Source of the DNA: Octopus bimaculoides
Lineage: Eukaryota
Assembly (NCBI RefSeq): GCF_001194135.2
Contig: NC_068983.1
Location: forward strand, 51,502,861-51,554,783
Direction of reading: 5' to 3'
DNA length: 51,923 nucleotides
Made by a program: the position numbers and the translations under genes. Below, piece after piece: positions 50,642 through 51,923 of this stretch. The notes beneath the pieces are model-generated. The model made no database searches and was not told the origin of the DNA. It saw only the letters and a list, made by a program, of their open reading frames with translations. Positions within the stretch are counted from its first letter, which is position 1; every line of letters starts with the position of its first letter.

Positions 50642-51923
50642 ATCAAAATAAGCAACACGGATTTCAAAGATGATTGCAGTACGCACGTTTCATGCTACTC
50701 CATTTATTTAAGTAATGCGAGCATTACATTAAATGCAATTTGAAGAGCAATCTTCAGCTGCACGAAAATGCAGAAAATTACAGTAGAATTGACATATTAT
50801 AATTGTGGCAACATTTCAAATCCAAGTGGGAGAAACAATACATAAAAATCCAAGTGGGAGGAAGAATACATGAATCTATCTTGACATAGCCGAGTCTATC
50901 AGGCTAGTAATTGATTCTAGACAAAAGATTCTAACTGACTCTGATTTTATTGTCTCATATCTAGTGGTGATAGCATAAGAGACAATTACTTCTAAGGAAA
51001 GGGAAGGTGTAAGCAGTATGCATGGACAAGGCTATAAATGTATTAGATTATAAATGTTTCCCTGGTCAGAGTAGTACCAGGTCATTTTAATACTATCAAA
51101 ATGTTGAGGAATTAAAACCTTAGGTATATGAGTCAAATATGTTTTTTTTTTCTTTTAGTCTGAATAGAGTATCAGTATAGTTATACAGATAACAATATTA
51201 GTTTAATCAATATTTTCACAATAAGAGGTATGTTAATAAAATAAATAAAAAGAGATGTAATTATTTTATACAAAAATCATGAAATTATTGAATTTAGGGG
51301 CTATAGATAGGGTGTAAAGTTTAAGGATATTAAGTATATTGGGTTCATGAGAACTATTTTGAATTATCTTTAAAAAATTATAGCTGAAAATAAAATAATG
51401 ATACTATTTAGGAGACACATAGATAAGCTTTATTTTTATAATGCGAATAAAAATTATTATCGGATTTATATTAGTTTATAATAATGTGTTTACTAAGGTT
51501 TAAGGGACTGAAAAAAGAAAAGATGCAAGGAAATAACAAGGATATTCAATACAGGAACCTGATGATTGATTTAAGTAGATTAAATGTTAAGGTGAGAGAT
51601 CAGGAATATATGTTATAAAGGTTCAATTACCAATTTAAAATTATGTGCTAATTGATAGTCCTAGCTACGATAGTCCTCGGCTATGTCAAGATGGATTCAT
51701 GTATTCTTCCTCCCACTTGGATTTTTATGTATTCTTTCTCCCACTTGGATTTGAAATGTTGCCACAATTATAATATGTCTATTCTACTGTAATATTCTGC
51801 ATTTTCGTGCAGCTGAAGATTGCTCTTCATATTGCATTTAATGTAATGCTCGCATTACTTAAATAAATGGAGCAACATGAAACGTGCGTACTGCAATCAT
51901 CTTTGAAATCCGTGTTGCTTATT
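50642..51923. mobile_element. Non-autonomous DNA element with ~260-bp terminal inverted repeats, next to (TA)n
   Basis: 50647-50907 and 51661-51923 are near-perfect reverse complements (AATAAGCAACACGGATTTCAAAGATG... / ...CATCTTTGAAATCCGTGTTGCTTATT). Each TIR has a ~28-bp tandem subrepeat AATCCAAGTGGGAG...; ~750-bp AT-rich interior without an ORF; the right end is cut by the window edge. Confidence 0.9.

Overview
Eukaryotic, very AT-rich, repeat-dominated draft-assembly DNA with 14 N-gaps, nearly all flanked by (TA)n/(CA)n/(GA)n microsatellites. The repeat families (tRNA-headed SINEs, Penelope-like elements, RTE/CR1/R4 LINE relics, Helitron, Tc1/mariner/pogo relics, MITEs) match what I recall from octopus genomes; this assignment is inference, not a search result. 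I recognise no host protein-coding gene, so the window looks intergenic or intronic, with only a few candidate exons defined by splice signals. Most ORF-track entries are artefacts of gaps and microsatellites. The main unexplained signal is a set of nine minimal type-I hammerhead-ribozyme-like motifs from about six distinct repeat families. Three have a CCGANGA rather than CUGANGA core, three form a ~150-bp tandem array, and one family is fused downstream of a tRNA-derived Pol III head (a SINE carrying a Penelope-type hammerhead). All ribozyme calls come from manual base-pair inspection, and most copies carry core mutations.
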